DNA of 40,360 bases from a virus (lineage: Duplodnaviria > Caudoviricetes), in IMG/VR virus record IMGVR_UViG_3300020718_000023, positions 1 to 40,360 of that record. One strand, 5' to 3'. Below the pieces are notes generated by a model. The model worked only from the letters and a program-made list of their open reading frames with translations. It was not told the origin of the DNA and did no database searches. Made by a program: the position numbers and the translations under genes. This document shows, piece after piece, positions 26,624-36,094 of this stretch; the first letter of the stretch is position 1, and each line of letters opens with the position of its first letter.

Positions 26624-28519
26624 GTGGAACAGATGAACATTTTGGATGCCGTCACTGACGTCCTATTAAGCGATATTTTGGCCAACGAGACCATTTCTAA
26701 AGAGGTCCGTGAGTGCGCCGCCGACCTTCTTCAAGAGGGATACACCACCGCTGACATCCTTGCTATTTCAAAGGGCGAAAGTTTAGAAACATCGCTTGTC
26801 CTTGTCCCTAATGACGAGCCCGACGAAAACCCAATTTGGAAGCGCCTTGCTACAAAGATTTTTGGAGAATTGGAACTTTCTGAAGAGGCTGAAAAGCGTC
26901 TTATTTCTAGAAACGTTGCAAAGGGGCTTGCCTCAGTTTCTCACCCATTTACAAAATCACAAAATCAATTTGACGGTCGTGAAGCCTGCGTAATTTGCGG
27001 TTCATTCGTAGACCAAGAAGTTTGTGAACCACTAGACAAGGCAATTGGATTTCCATTTACTTTTGTAAATTCACCAGTTCCTGCAGACAGTGATATTCAA
27101 GATGACTCATCTGACTCATCAACTACTGATAACGCAGTGAAGGTTCAACTTGACCCAGCAACGGTTGCAGCAATTCTTGCAGCGGTAAAGGGTGACGATG
27201 ACTCATCAAGTTCTACATCATCACCAACCATGAGTGACGACTCTGACTCATCAAGCAGTTCATCTTCGTCATCAAGTTCTAGCAGCAGCAGTTCTAGCAG
27301 TTCATCATCAAGCAGTTGCAGTTGTTGCGGTGACTCGTCCGGAGATTGCAGTTGTGATTGCGACTGCAGTTGCTGTGAGGAATCATCAAGTTCTAGCAGT
27401 TCATCATCCAGCAGCAGTTCTTCATCTTCATCCAGCAGTAGCAGTTCATCATCCAGTAGTAGTTCAAGCAGCAGTTCATCTTCGTCTAGAGATGAGATGC
27501 TTGGTGAAGACTGGAGAGACGGTCTTGACCCATGGCAAGTAGAACTTGCTGAAAGCCTTGACGAACTTGTTGAAGAATTGGGGCGCATCCCAACAACAGA
27601 CGCTGCTTACACAGACACATCACCATACCTTGACAAAGGAATGAATTGTGCGAACTGTGTTGCCGGTGGCGACGAAAACGGTTGCAACTGGGTTGCAGTT
27701 AATTGCTCACCTAACGGATGGTGCAAATTTAATGTTGTCCCTGTAACCATTACTTCATCAGCAGAAGCAGCCGCTACATACAAAGCCGCAGCCTCTGACA
27801 AAAAAGAAGATGACAGCACGAGCAGCGAATACGAAGACGTAAGCGACCCAATGGGTGGCATGGGTGTTGCAATGCCTGACGACCTTAAGAAAAACGATGC
27901 GCCTGCCGGACCACTCCTTGTTGAGTCGGGACCAAAAGTTGAGGGCGTACACCTTGACACCCCAGTTTGGGGAAACAGTAAAAAGCGTAGACCACGCAAC
28001 TTAAAGAACATTGCTGAGTCTGCTCCAGAGACTTTGGTAACTGCTAAGAGCGCTGACGCTGAAGAGGTTGCAGAAGAAGAAATTCCAAACGCAATAACAA
28101 AGAACGCAGAACTTCGCTACACGCTCGGACCTTGGTATGTTCCAAACCGTCACGACGCACACGGCGAGTGGACCGACCCACAAGAACTACAAAAGGCTCT
28201 TTGGGGATACGTCGAAAACGGCGACCGTGACATTCGCCTTCAGCACAACACATCAATCAAGGCTGGCAAGTGGGTAGAAGCGCTTACATGGCCGCACGAG
28301 GTTGACGTACCAATGGTTCAAGCAGACACCGGCTCGGTTCGCAAAGTTGCGTTTCCAGCGGGGACTGTATTCCTAGGAGTTGTTTGGGAGCCTTGGGCTT
28401 GGGAACTTGTAAAGAAGGGCGAAATCCGTGGCTATTCAATTGGTGGCACGGGCGCAGGCGTAGAAGTAGATATGCCTGAAGAAACAGCACCTCCAGTACA
28501 TTTCCTAAACCAACAATAA
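26624..28519 (+). CDS. XkdF-like prohead serine protease with long N-terminal extension (poly-Ser/Cys cluster, HiPIP-like domain)
   Basis: C-terminal RYTLGPWYVP..DAHGE...LQH...GTVFLGV...WELVKKGEIRGYSIGG; follows the portal. Confidence 0.85.
   Translation: MEQMNILDAVTDVLLSDILANETISKEVRECAADLLQEGYTTADILAISKGESLETSLVLVPNDEPDENPIWKRLATKIFGELELSEEAEKRLISRNVAKGLASVSHPFTKSQNQFDGREACVICGSFVDQEVCEPLDKAIGFPFTFVNSPVPADSDIQDDSSDSSTTDNAVKVQLDPATVAAILAAVKGDDDSSSSTSSPTMSDDSDSSSSSSSSSSSSSSSSSSSSSSSCSCCGDSSGDCSCDCDCSCCEESSSSSSSSSSSSSSSSSSSSSSSSSSSSSSSSSSSRDEMLGEDWRDGLDPWQVELAESLDELVEELGRIPTTDAAYTDTSPYLDKGMNCANCVAGGDENGCNWVAVNCSPNGWCKFNVVPVTITSSAEAAATYKAAASDKKEDDSTSSEYEDVSDPMGGMGVAMPDDLKKNDAPAGPLLVESGPKVEGVHLDTPVWGNSKKRRPRNLKNIAESAPETLVTAKSADAEEVAEEEIPNAITKNAELRYTLGPWYVPNRHDAHGEWTDPQELQKALWGYVENGDRDIRLQHNTSIKAGKWVEALTWPHEVDVPMVQADTGSVRKVAFPAGTVFLGVVWEPWAWELVKKGEIRGYSIGGTGAGVEVDMPEETAPPVHFLNQQ
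27248..27487 (+). repeat. poly-serine tracts (23 and 35 Ser) flanking a 9-Cys cluster
   Basis: Direct translation; mixed TCN/AGY codons. Confidence 0.9.
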
Positions 28520-28528
28520 GGACCCATC

Positions 28529-30766
28529 ATGTTTGACGACGAAAACAGCATTAGCGAAGAAGAAATAACTGCTTGGCTACAAGCATCACTTGGCGAAGTT
28601 GTAACTCCAAAGATGGAAGAAACATTAGAAAAGAGTGACTCAGAAGGTCACCCATTTCGTGGTAACCAGTGGACCAATGGCGGTGGTGGGGACCCAACTA
28701 AAGACACAATTAAATCTCACCAAGACCAAGCAAATCACCACGATGAAATGGCTGCAAATGCAAAGTCTGACGAAGAACGAACTGCACATGAACAGGCTGC
28801 ACAATCACATCGTGATGCTGCAATGTCATGGCGCATGACTGGTAGTAATGAAGAGGGCGGAGAGGGTGCACAAGTTGCAAGCGATGACGCTTGGGCCGAT
28901 AGTGAAAATGCAAATGCAAAATCTGCCGTAACAAAAGGCGACACACCGGGACACCCATTTCACGGTAATCAATTCACCGCAGGACAAGGTGGCGAGAAAG
29001 ACACAGCCGACAAAATCATGGATGCCGTTAATAAGTACGGCAATGAAAACCCCAATGCACAAATGAATAAGGGTTGGCAGACGGTCATGGAACAAGCCAA
29101 GATGATTGGTGAACACAAAATGGCTATTCCAAAAGAACTTGTAGATGCAGCGACCAAAGAAGATATGGACAAACTTACGGACAATAACTACCACAGTGCC
29201 CGTACGGCAATAGAGCACCAAAGACCAGAACTTGCCGATAAGCCAAGAACAAAAGAAGTTGACCTAAGTAATTACTTTAAGGCCGAATCACCTATTGACC
29301 CTTTAACAAAAGGTAACGAACCTAATTATGGAAAACTTATTTCCAGCCGTAAGAGTGAGCCAACAGACAAAGACCTTTACAGCAGTGTAAAAAGCGAAGC
29401 CAAGAAAAAATTTGATGTCTACCCATCAGCAGTAGCAAATGGTTGGGTTGTTCAAGAATACAAACGCCGTGGTGGAACGTACCACAAGCCCGTAACAAAG
29501 GGCGACGTTGCAGGTCACGCATTTCATGGTAACCAATACCAATCTGGAAACGTATCAACAGCATATGGAACTAGTTACAAGAGCAACGGAACAAACATCA
29601 TTCCATCAAACGTCGGTGGCCGTGACTTTGACCTGAAGACAACAGTTGACCAAATTGGACGAATGAACATCCTTGCAATTTCTGGAGGAAAGGTTAACTC
29701 CGTGGCCGACGCTAAGGGCAATCAAGTTGGTCTTGAACTACCTGTCAGCAATGGATACTCAGTACGAGTCCTTCTTGCAAACGATGATACTTACACCGTC
29801 CAACGTTGTTTCACACGTGGTTCTAACGAATCAGTTAAGGGTGAACAAACTGGCGTGTACGCAGACGAAGTTGGAGAAACCGCCTACCAAGCCGGTATGT
29901 TCCGTTCTAATAACTTTGGTGACCACATTGTTACCAAGGCTTCAGATGAACTTATCTCTGAGTGGATTGAGCCTTTTGTTAAGGCAAAGCAAGGTCCGGA
30001 AGAAGTTTCTGCATCAGCAAATGAAGTTGTTGGCGTACGAATTGATGACTTTCCAACTGAGGCCCCTGCACTTGAAGAGCAATTAGTTTTGGAAATTCCA
30101 GTCGAAGAAGTCCCACAAGAAATTGAAGTTTCTGACGATGTTGAAAAATCGGCGGACGTTGAAGAGTGGACAATTCCTGTTTACAAGGGCGGCCAAGGTT
30201 CTGGCGAGCAAGCAGGCCACCCTTTTCGAGGTAACCGATGGACTGCAGGTACGGGTTCATCGGCACATCACGACGACCGTGGAGACAAAGGCAAAAATTA
30301 CGGATATCACTTAGACGCAGCAGCATCACACATTATTGCTGGACGTGCCGCCCAGTCACAGGGTGACCACGGCGCCGCAATGCGTCACTTTAACGAAGCC
30401 GCTTATCACGCATCACAAGCATCAGCAAAACTACAAAAGCCGGGTGGTTTCACAAACCGCACACTTGGTGGTTCTGCGGAAACTCTTTATCACCTTGCAC
30501 ACGATGCAGGTAACGCATCTGAAAAAGCGAACTTTGCTAACCGTGAAGTAACTCGCTACACACGTGACGGCGGAAATGACCCAGCAGAACTTGCTTCACG
30601 TCAACAAGCCGCCAGCAGTGCAACAGAAGCAGCAAACCGAATGGGCTCAACACTTGAATCACACGCAGCAACGGTAGATTCAGTTCGTAGCCAAGTTGGA
30701 GACCCTACGCACACGAGCGCACCCGCACCCGTGAGCGCACCCGCACGAGAGGCTCAGGCAGGATAA
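28529..30766 (+). CDS. multidomain head-cluster polyprotein with four GHxF[HR]GN[QR] tags
   Basis: Tags at 28631, 28934, 29498 and 30185; internal KFDVYPSAVANGWVVQEYKRRGG (DUF5872-like) segment. Confidence 0.8.
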   Translation: MFDDENSISEEEITAWLQASLGEVVTPKMEETLEKSDSEGHPFRGNQWTNGGGGDPTKDTIKSHQDQANHHDEMAANAKSDEERTAHEQAAQSHRDAAMSWRMTGSNEEGGEGAQVASDDAWADSENANAKSAVTKGDTPGHPFHGNQFTAGQGGEKDTADKIMDAVNKYGNENPNAQMNKGWQTVMEQAKMIGEHKMAIPKELVDAATKEDMDKLTDNNYHSARTAIEHQRPELADKPRTKEVDLSNYFKAESPIDPLTKGNEPNYGKLISSRKSEPTDKDLYSSVKSEAKKKFDVYPSAVANGWVVQEYKRRGGTYHKPVTKGDVAGHAFHGNQYQSGNVSTAYGTSYKSNGTNIIPSNVGGRDFDLKTTVDQIGRMNILAISGGKVNSVADAKGNQVGLELPVSNGYSVRVLLANDDTYTVQRCFTRGSNESVKGEQTGVYADEVGETAYQAGMFRSNNFGDHIVTKASDELISEWIEPFVKAKQGPEEVSASANEVVGVRIDDFPTEAPALEEQLVLEIPVEEVPQEIEVSDDVEKSADVEEWTIPVYKGGQGSGEQAGHPFRGNRWTAGTGSSAHHDDRGDKGKNYGYHLDAAASHIIAGRAAQSQGDHGAAMRHFNEAAYHASQASAKLQKPGGFTNRTLGGSAETLYHLAHDAGNASEKANFANREVTRYTRDGGNDPAELASRQQAASSATEAANRMGSTLESHAATVDSVRSQVGDPTHTSAPAPVSAPAREAQAG

Positions 30767-31224
30767 TGATTAGTCAATCAGACGTAACAGCAGCATTGCC
30801 AACAATCCTTTCAAAGACCTTGGCCAATGCAACAATCATGTATCACCGTGTCCACGGCTTCCACTGGAACGTGACAGGCGAAGACTTCCCACAATGGCAC
30901 GCAAAGTTTGAGGAAATCTACTCAGACGTATACGAAAGCCTTGACCCACTGGCAGAGTGCATTCGTAAGGTTGGCGGGACTGCGCCATTTACACTTTCTC
31001 AACTTTCTACCATGGCATCAATAACAGACGAAGCCCCGGCAGATTACAAGCCAGCAACCCTCGTGGCAGACCTTCTTGCTACAAATACTGGAGTTATGGC
31101 ATCTTTGAACATTGCGTTCCAAGCAGCAACTGCGGCCAATCAGCAAGGAATTGTTAACTTTCTTTCTGAGCGCATTGACCAACACTCTAAGTGGAACTGG
31201 CAACTCTCAGTTTCTTTGGCATAA
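30766..31224 (+). CDS. dps: Dps/ferritin-like protein
   Basis: HGFHWNVTGEDFPQWHAKFEEIY, D.LAE.IR..G, H.K..W.L. Confidence 0.9.
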   Translation: MISQSDVTAALPTILSKTLANATIMYHRVHGFHWNVTGEDFPQWHAKFEEIYSDVYESLDPLAECIRKVGGTAPFTLSQLSTMASITDEAPADYKPATLVADLLATNTGVMASLNIAFQAATAANQQGIVNFLSERIDQHSKWNWQLSVSLA

Positions 31225-31280
31225 CCGGCATTTCCAAAAGTCCGGTGTAGCATTTCTGTAGAACGAAAGGCACTTTCATC

Positions 31281-32000
31281 ATGATTATCCCCAATTCAAA
31301 GCCAACACAGGTTACGTTTTCTACCAAACCAACCAACCAAGACGCCGTAGTCGCAGCCACCCAAATTAGCAAAGCCACACAGGTTCGTCTTGCTGCACTT
31401 GACGCTCACGACAATGCAAACTTCCGCCTCCAAAAGGCTACAGAGTCACTCAAGGCGACTGAGGTTGCTTACCACGAGGCTCTTGCCAAGAACGCATGGA
31501 ACGCCGAAGAACTTCGTAAGGCTTACAGCAATGCGCTCCTAGGATTCCGTGACGCAGACAAGGCCGCACAAGCAGCAGCCGCTGATTACACAATTGCAAA
31601 GAACGCCCTAGAAAGCCTTAACTCAATTGCAAAGCGTGAATTTTCAGACAAGAAGCGCCAAGAATTAGCCTCTAAGGGACACGCTCTTCCAGACGGCTCA
31701 TTCCCAATCGTTACAGCCAGCGACCTTAAAAACGCCGTACAGTCAATTGGCCGTGCAAAGAATCCAGATGCAGCAAAAGCACACATCATTAGCCGTGCAA
31801 AAGACCTTGGAGCAACTTCAGCACTTCCAGAAGAATGGAAAGTTAGCAAGGCAAAAGACGAAAAGACAATGCCTTGGGAAGAAGATTCTTCAGAGGACAG
31901 CAGCAATGCCGATGACTCATCAGCACCAGCCAAGAAGTCTGTAAGCCCATTTCACTTTGAGTCGCTTCTACAAGGCGAGTCAAACTACCCAACAAAGTAA
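31281..32000 (+). CDS. coiled-coil protein with DUF6582-like domain
   Basis: KRQELASKGHALPDGSFPI...DLKNAV...GRAK...KAHIISRAK.LG...LPEEW. Confidence 0.7.
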   Translation: MIIPNSKPTQVTFSTKPTNQDAVVAATQISKATQVRLAALDAHDNANFRLQKATESLKATEVAYHEALAKNAWNAEELRKAYSNALLGFRDADKAAQAAAADYTIAKNALESLNSIAKREFSDKKRQELASKGHALPDGSFPIVTASDLKNAVQSIGRAKNPDAAKAHIISRAKDLGATSALPEEWKVSKAKDEKTMPWEEDSSEDSSNADDSSAPAKKSVSPFHFESLLQGESNYPTK

Positions 32001-32007
32001 ATTTAAA

Positions 32008-32382
32008 ATGTCCTCACCCTTTCACCCTGACAATCTGCTCTACCCATTAACAAAGGGTGACGTAACAGGACACGCTTTTCACGGAAACCAGTTCACCGCA
32101 GGACAAGGCGGTGGTGGCGAAAACTTAACCCCCTCTGGTCATCGTCCATTAAGCGATATCGCTAATGACATTGAGAAGGTTTGGAATGCGAACAGCAAGA
32201 ATGGCGTACCTTATTTTGCCAAGCCTTATCTCGACGCAATGAAGCAACTTCATGACATAAAAGATAACTACCACGCAGACACCGCTAAGAGCGTCGTCAA
32301 TTACCTGCTCGCTAACATGGATAAGTTTCGTGGTGAGGGCGCTTCGCCGTTGAAAGCCGAACTAAAGGCATTGGTTAAATAA
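32008..32382 (+). CDS. tagged small protein (SPFHP leader + GHAFHGNQ tag + helical domain)
   Basis: MSSPFHPDNLLYPLTKGDVTGHAFHGNQF; RPLSDIA...AKPYLDAM...YLLAN...FRG. Confidence 0.8.
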   Translation: MSSPFHPDNLLYPLTKGDVTGHAFHGNQFTAGQGGGGENLTPSGHRPLSDIANDIEKVWNANSKNGVPYFAKPYLDAMKQLHDIKDNYHADTAKSVVNYLLANMDKFRGEGASPLKAELKALVK

Positions 32383-32927
32383 TGTCTTCGCCGTTTCACC
32401 CCGACGAACTTCTTTACCCAATAACTAAAGGTGACGTTGCTGGTCATCCATTTCACGGCAACCAGTACACAGAAGGTTCAATGTCTGACACTGCAACTAA
32501 GTTGTCAAAATACGTATCAGAAAACCGTAGCAATCTTTCACCATCGGATGCGCATGACATTGCAGACAGCCACGCTCAACACGCTGATGTTCACGGACAA
32601 ATTGCAAATGCTTTACGCCAAAGCGCCGACCAAGTAGCACTTGGTGGCATGGGCAATACAAGGCTCGCAAGTGCAATGCTTAAAGAAGCGGCGCTTCACG
32701 ACAAAGCAGCAGACGCACACACAAAGGCATCAGATACTGCTCTAAAGAATCAAGGTGAGTGGGGCGGAAAACTTGGCGCCGGAGAAAAGATGCCAACATC
32801 TGCTCAAGTATCAGCAGCATCCTCTGCCGCAGCAAAGGCAACTGTTGCCGCATCGGGCGCACGTACTTCAGACCTATTGGGAGGGCAGATTCCAAATCTT
32901 CAACTCCCACTTGGCGCAAGTTACTAA
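32382..32927 (+). CDS. tagged His/Ala-rich protein
   Basis: MSSPFHPDELLYPITKGDVAGHPFHGNQY; TAATG coupling. Confidence 0.8.
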   Translation: MSSPFHPDELLYPITKGDVAGHPFHGNQYTEGSMSDTATKLSKYVSENRSNLSPSDAHDIADSHAQHADVHGQIANALRQSADQVALGGMGNTRLASAMLKEAALHDKAADAHTKASDTALKNQGEWGGKLGAGEKMPTSAQVSAASSAAAKATVAASGARTSDLLGGQIPNLQLPLGASY

Positions 32928-32993
32928 ATAGTCATTAACCCTTAAATACTGGGGTAAAGTAGTACTGTTCGCAGCCTTACTACGGAGTCATTA

Positions 32994-35900
32994 ATGCCCA
33001 ACTTTGAAGACGATATCAACGCATGGGTGCAAGAGGCTCGTGAAATTGAAATTCACAAAGCAGGCAATGCACAAGGTCTAATCGACTGGTACAACGCTGG
33101 AGCCGATGGCCAAATCAATTGGGGTTCGCCGGGAGACTTTGAAGCCTGCGTTTCAATTGCGGGAAAACACCTTGACAGCCCTGAGGGCTTTTGTCAACTT
33201 CGCCACATTGACGCAACGGGTGAACCAGCAGGCAAAGAGACAAAAAAATCAGTGGTAGAAAAAGGCGACGTAATTGGCCATGAATTCCACGGTAACCAAT
33301 GGACTCTTAATGGAATTGCCGGACTTAGCGGTTCCCTGCGCACGCACGTGCGTGACGTGGCACAAATGCTTTATGTACGTGCTTCAAAAAATGAACCTGA
33401 AATCAGCAGAGAAATCCGTGAAACCGCACAGCAATTTGGCGGAAAACAGATAAAGCCACAATTTTCTTTAAAAACACCATCAAGCCTTGAGACAAAACTT
33501 CTCCGTGAAGCACCTGAATACCTTGACTCAAAGGTGGGGCAAATCGATGACGCCGCTGCAAACGTCGGAGATGCCGTGCGATTCACGCTTCAATACCCGG
33601 ACGAAAAGTTTGCAGAAAGCGTTCAACAATCTCTTAATGACTTTAAATCAGAAGGTTTTGATGCGGTAAATGTTAAAAACTACTTCAACTCAGACCCAAC
33701 AAATACGTACCGTGGAATTAACTGCGTCATGCGTGATACAACATCTAACCAATTGTTTGAGGTTCAATTTCACACACCTGAAAGCGCATCAACTGTAAAC
33801 CTAACGCACGATATGTATGACTCAATCAAACTTGCGGACCCAACATCACCTGAGTATCAAGCAGTTAACAGTCAAATGGCGGCAATTTGGAATAAGGTTC
33901 CAATCCCCGCAGGCATAGAAAGCATTGGTTCAACAACCGTTAAAAAGAGTGGTTGGACTTTCTACCAACTCACATCAATTGACGGAAAAGAACGTCCACT
34001 TGCTTACTTCCGTTATGACGGTAAAACACCTCAATACTGGTCAAATAAAAATGGCTGGCAACTGTCGGGCGTGCTTTTAGAAATGCTTCACGAAGGCGAC
34101 CCACGCTTAGACAAATTAGAAGACGACCCAACCCTAAAGAAAGAAAAGGGAGGGTCGGTGATAGCAAATTTGCTATCACACCGATTTCGTCGCATCATAA
34201 AGGGCGACGTAGCCGGTCACGAGTTCCACGGAAATCAATGGCAATCAGTTGCAGATGCAACAAACGCAGCAGACGACGCTGCAAGAAGAGCAAGTGGTAG
34301 GCGGTCAAGTTCAAATAAACGCAATGGAAATAAATCTCTTGACATGAAAGCAAGCATTGTAAAAAATGCGCTTGATAGCGTTGACCACGCACAACAGGCA
34401 GTTGCGCTTGCCGAAAAAGAAGGGGATGCTGGAAAAATAACTGACGCAAAGTGGGCGCTTTCTCAGGCAAACGCAGCGGCAAACCCTAAGTCAATAACTG
34501 ATGACTTGAATAAAGGTTTTAAAACTTACACCGACACATCTAAAGCGCTTATTGGTAAAAACGGAATTGTTAGCGGAAATCTAAAAGTTTTAACAGATGA
34601 TTTAGCAGAAACCCAACAAAAATTAACAGAATCAAATCAAGCAATAAATGATGCAAAGGCGGCAAACGACCCCGAGGCGTTAAGGGTCGCAACAATGAAT
34701 GCCTATAACCAAGCAAAACAAATTGCTTCAATATCTGCATTTGTATCTTCAACGCAAAGATTTGCTGGTGATAAAACCGAAGCACTCGCTATGCAAAAAC
34801 TATCTGAAAGTTCTACTTTAAATTTAGTAGATTCAACAAAAACAAACCTTGTTGAATCTGGAAACAAAGCGCTTGAACAAGCGAACGCACTTTTCAAACA
34901 ATCGGAAACAGCACCTGATGACGCCTCAAAACAAGCATTATTAGACCAAGCAAAAGAACTTTACATGACTTCAAAATCTTCCTTTGGTTCCGTAAGGTCA
35001 ACAGGGGGCAAGTATCTATCAGATGAAGAAAACAAAGCATTGACAGAGGCTTCAAACGGATTTAATTCAACACGTATGGCTTCTTCTTTTATTGATGTAA
35101 AAAATGGTTATTCTTCTGTTCAAGACTCTGTTAACAAGGCACTGGCAACAACCGACCCCAAAGTTTTGGCTGATGAAATAGCAAACGCCTCTAATCAACT
35201 TAGGGCCATTGAATATTCAGCAAGAATTGTTTACAACAATGCCCCATACGGTTCCGAGGAATCAAATTTGGCTCGTGGTGTCTACAACAGCAATGGACAA
35301 TTGCCACAACAGGTTGCGGCAATAAAAAATATGTCTGACTCAATAACGCAACTAGCCCAAGCAGATGCCTTGAGCAATTCCTTCAAATCAAACCCAACAA
35401 CAAATTTAGAAGAAAAAGCAGTTCTCGCTGGTAACGTAAATGATGCTTACCAATCAGCATTAAGTAATGCAATAGAAATAGGAAGTACCAAATATTCCTA
35501 TGTAGCCCAGAGCCCATTGTACGACCCAAGCACATACACGAATGCAGCGACTGGTCAAACAAATTCAAACGCAGACCTTGGGGTTGCACGTGCTCTCATG
35601 TATCAGGAAATTGGAAATAAAGAAACTGCAAACATATCTTCGTCAAATTCTTTGGAAGACAAATTCAATGCCGCACAAAAAGCGTTGTATTCTTATCAAT
35701 CAGCATTAGACCCAAATGCGTTAGGAAAATTGCTAAACATATCATCAGCAAACGACTACACAAATGCTTTGTATTCAGGAACTGCAAATCTTCGTTCATC
35801 ACTTCTATCATCACTAGATTCAGCACTGCAGTCTGTTTATCAAAACGGTGCACCGTATTATGCACAAAAAGTTAATGATTTTGTTTCGGGTAAAAGTGGC

Positions 35901-36089
35901 AGTGTCAGCCAATCGGGTGCTCAGGATAATGCCAACCAAGCATATTCTTACTATGAAAAACTTGCTCAAAGTGCAGCGGCCGCCGGGGACACAGCAATGC
36001 AGGCTGTTTACCAACAGCAGCAACAAGCAGTTCTTGCACAAAAAGATTTAATTCAAGCAGAATCACTTAACCGGGAACATTTACTTTAG
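32994..36089 (+). CDS. polyvalent protein: RelA/SpoT-like nucleotidyltransferase domain + long helical region, two tags
   Basis: LKTPSSLETK, DAVRFT, KNYF, YRGIN, FEVQFHT; tags at 33261 and 34200. Confidence 0.8.
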   Translation: MPNFEDDINAWVQEAREIEIHKAGNAQGLIDWYNAGADGQINWGSPGDFEACVSIAGKHLDSPEGFCQLRHIDATGEPAGKETKKSVVEKGDVIGHEFHGNQWTLNGIAGLSGSLRTHVRDVAQMLYVRASKNEPEISREIRETAQQFGGKQIKPQFSLKTPSSLETKLLREAPEYLDSKVGQIDDAAANVGDAVRFTLQYPDEKFAESVQQSLNDFKSEGFDAVNVKNYFNSDPTNTYRGINCVMRDTTSNQLFEVQFHTPESASTVNLTHDMYDSIKLADPTSPEYQAVNSQMAAIWNKVPIPAGIESIGSTTVKKSGWTFYQLTSIDGKERPLAYFRYDGKTPQYWSNKNGWQLSGVLLEMLHEGDPRLDKLEDDPTLKKEKGGSVIANLLSHRFRRIIKGDVAGHEFHGNQWQSVADATNAADDAARRASGRRSSSNKRNGNKSLDMKASIVKNALDSVDHAQQAVALAEKEGDAGKITDAKWALSQANAAANPKSITDDLNKGFKTYTDTSKALIGKNGIVSGNLKVLTDDLAETQQKLTESNQAINDAKAANDPEALRVATMNAYNQAKQIASISAFVSSTQRFAGDKTEALAMQKLSESSTLNLVDSTKTNLVESGNKALEQANALFKQSETAPDDASKQALLDQAKELYMTSKSSFGSVRSTGGKYLSDEENKALTEASNGFNSTRMASSFIDVKNGYSSVQDSVNKALATTDPKVLADEIANASNQLRAIEYSARIVYNNAPYGSEESNLARGVYNSNGQLPQQVAAIKNMSDSITQLAQADALSNSFKSNPTTNLEEKAVLAGNVNDAYQSALSNAIEIGSTKYSYVAQSPLYDPSTYTNAATGQTNSNADLGVARALMYQEIGNKETANISSSNSLEDKFNAAQKALYSYQSALDPNALGKLLNISSANDYTNALYSGTANLRSSLLSSLDSALQSVYQNGAPYYAQKVNDFVSGKSGSVSQSGAQDNANQAYSYYEKLAQSAAAAGDTAMQAVYQQQQQAVLAQKDLIQAESLNREHLL

Positions 36090-36094
36090 GAACG

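Noticed and set aside
27145-27588. Minus-strand Leu/Glu/Asp-rich ORF and the +1 frame ORF 27234..27542
   Set aside because: Shadows of the poly-Ser tract
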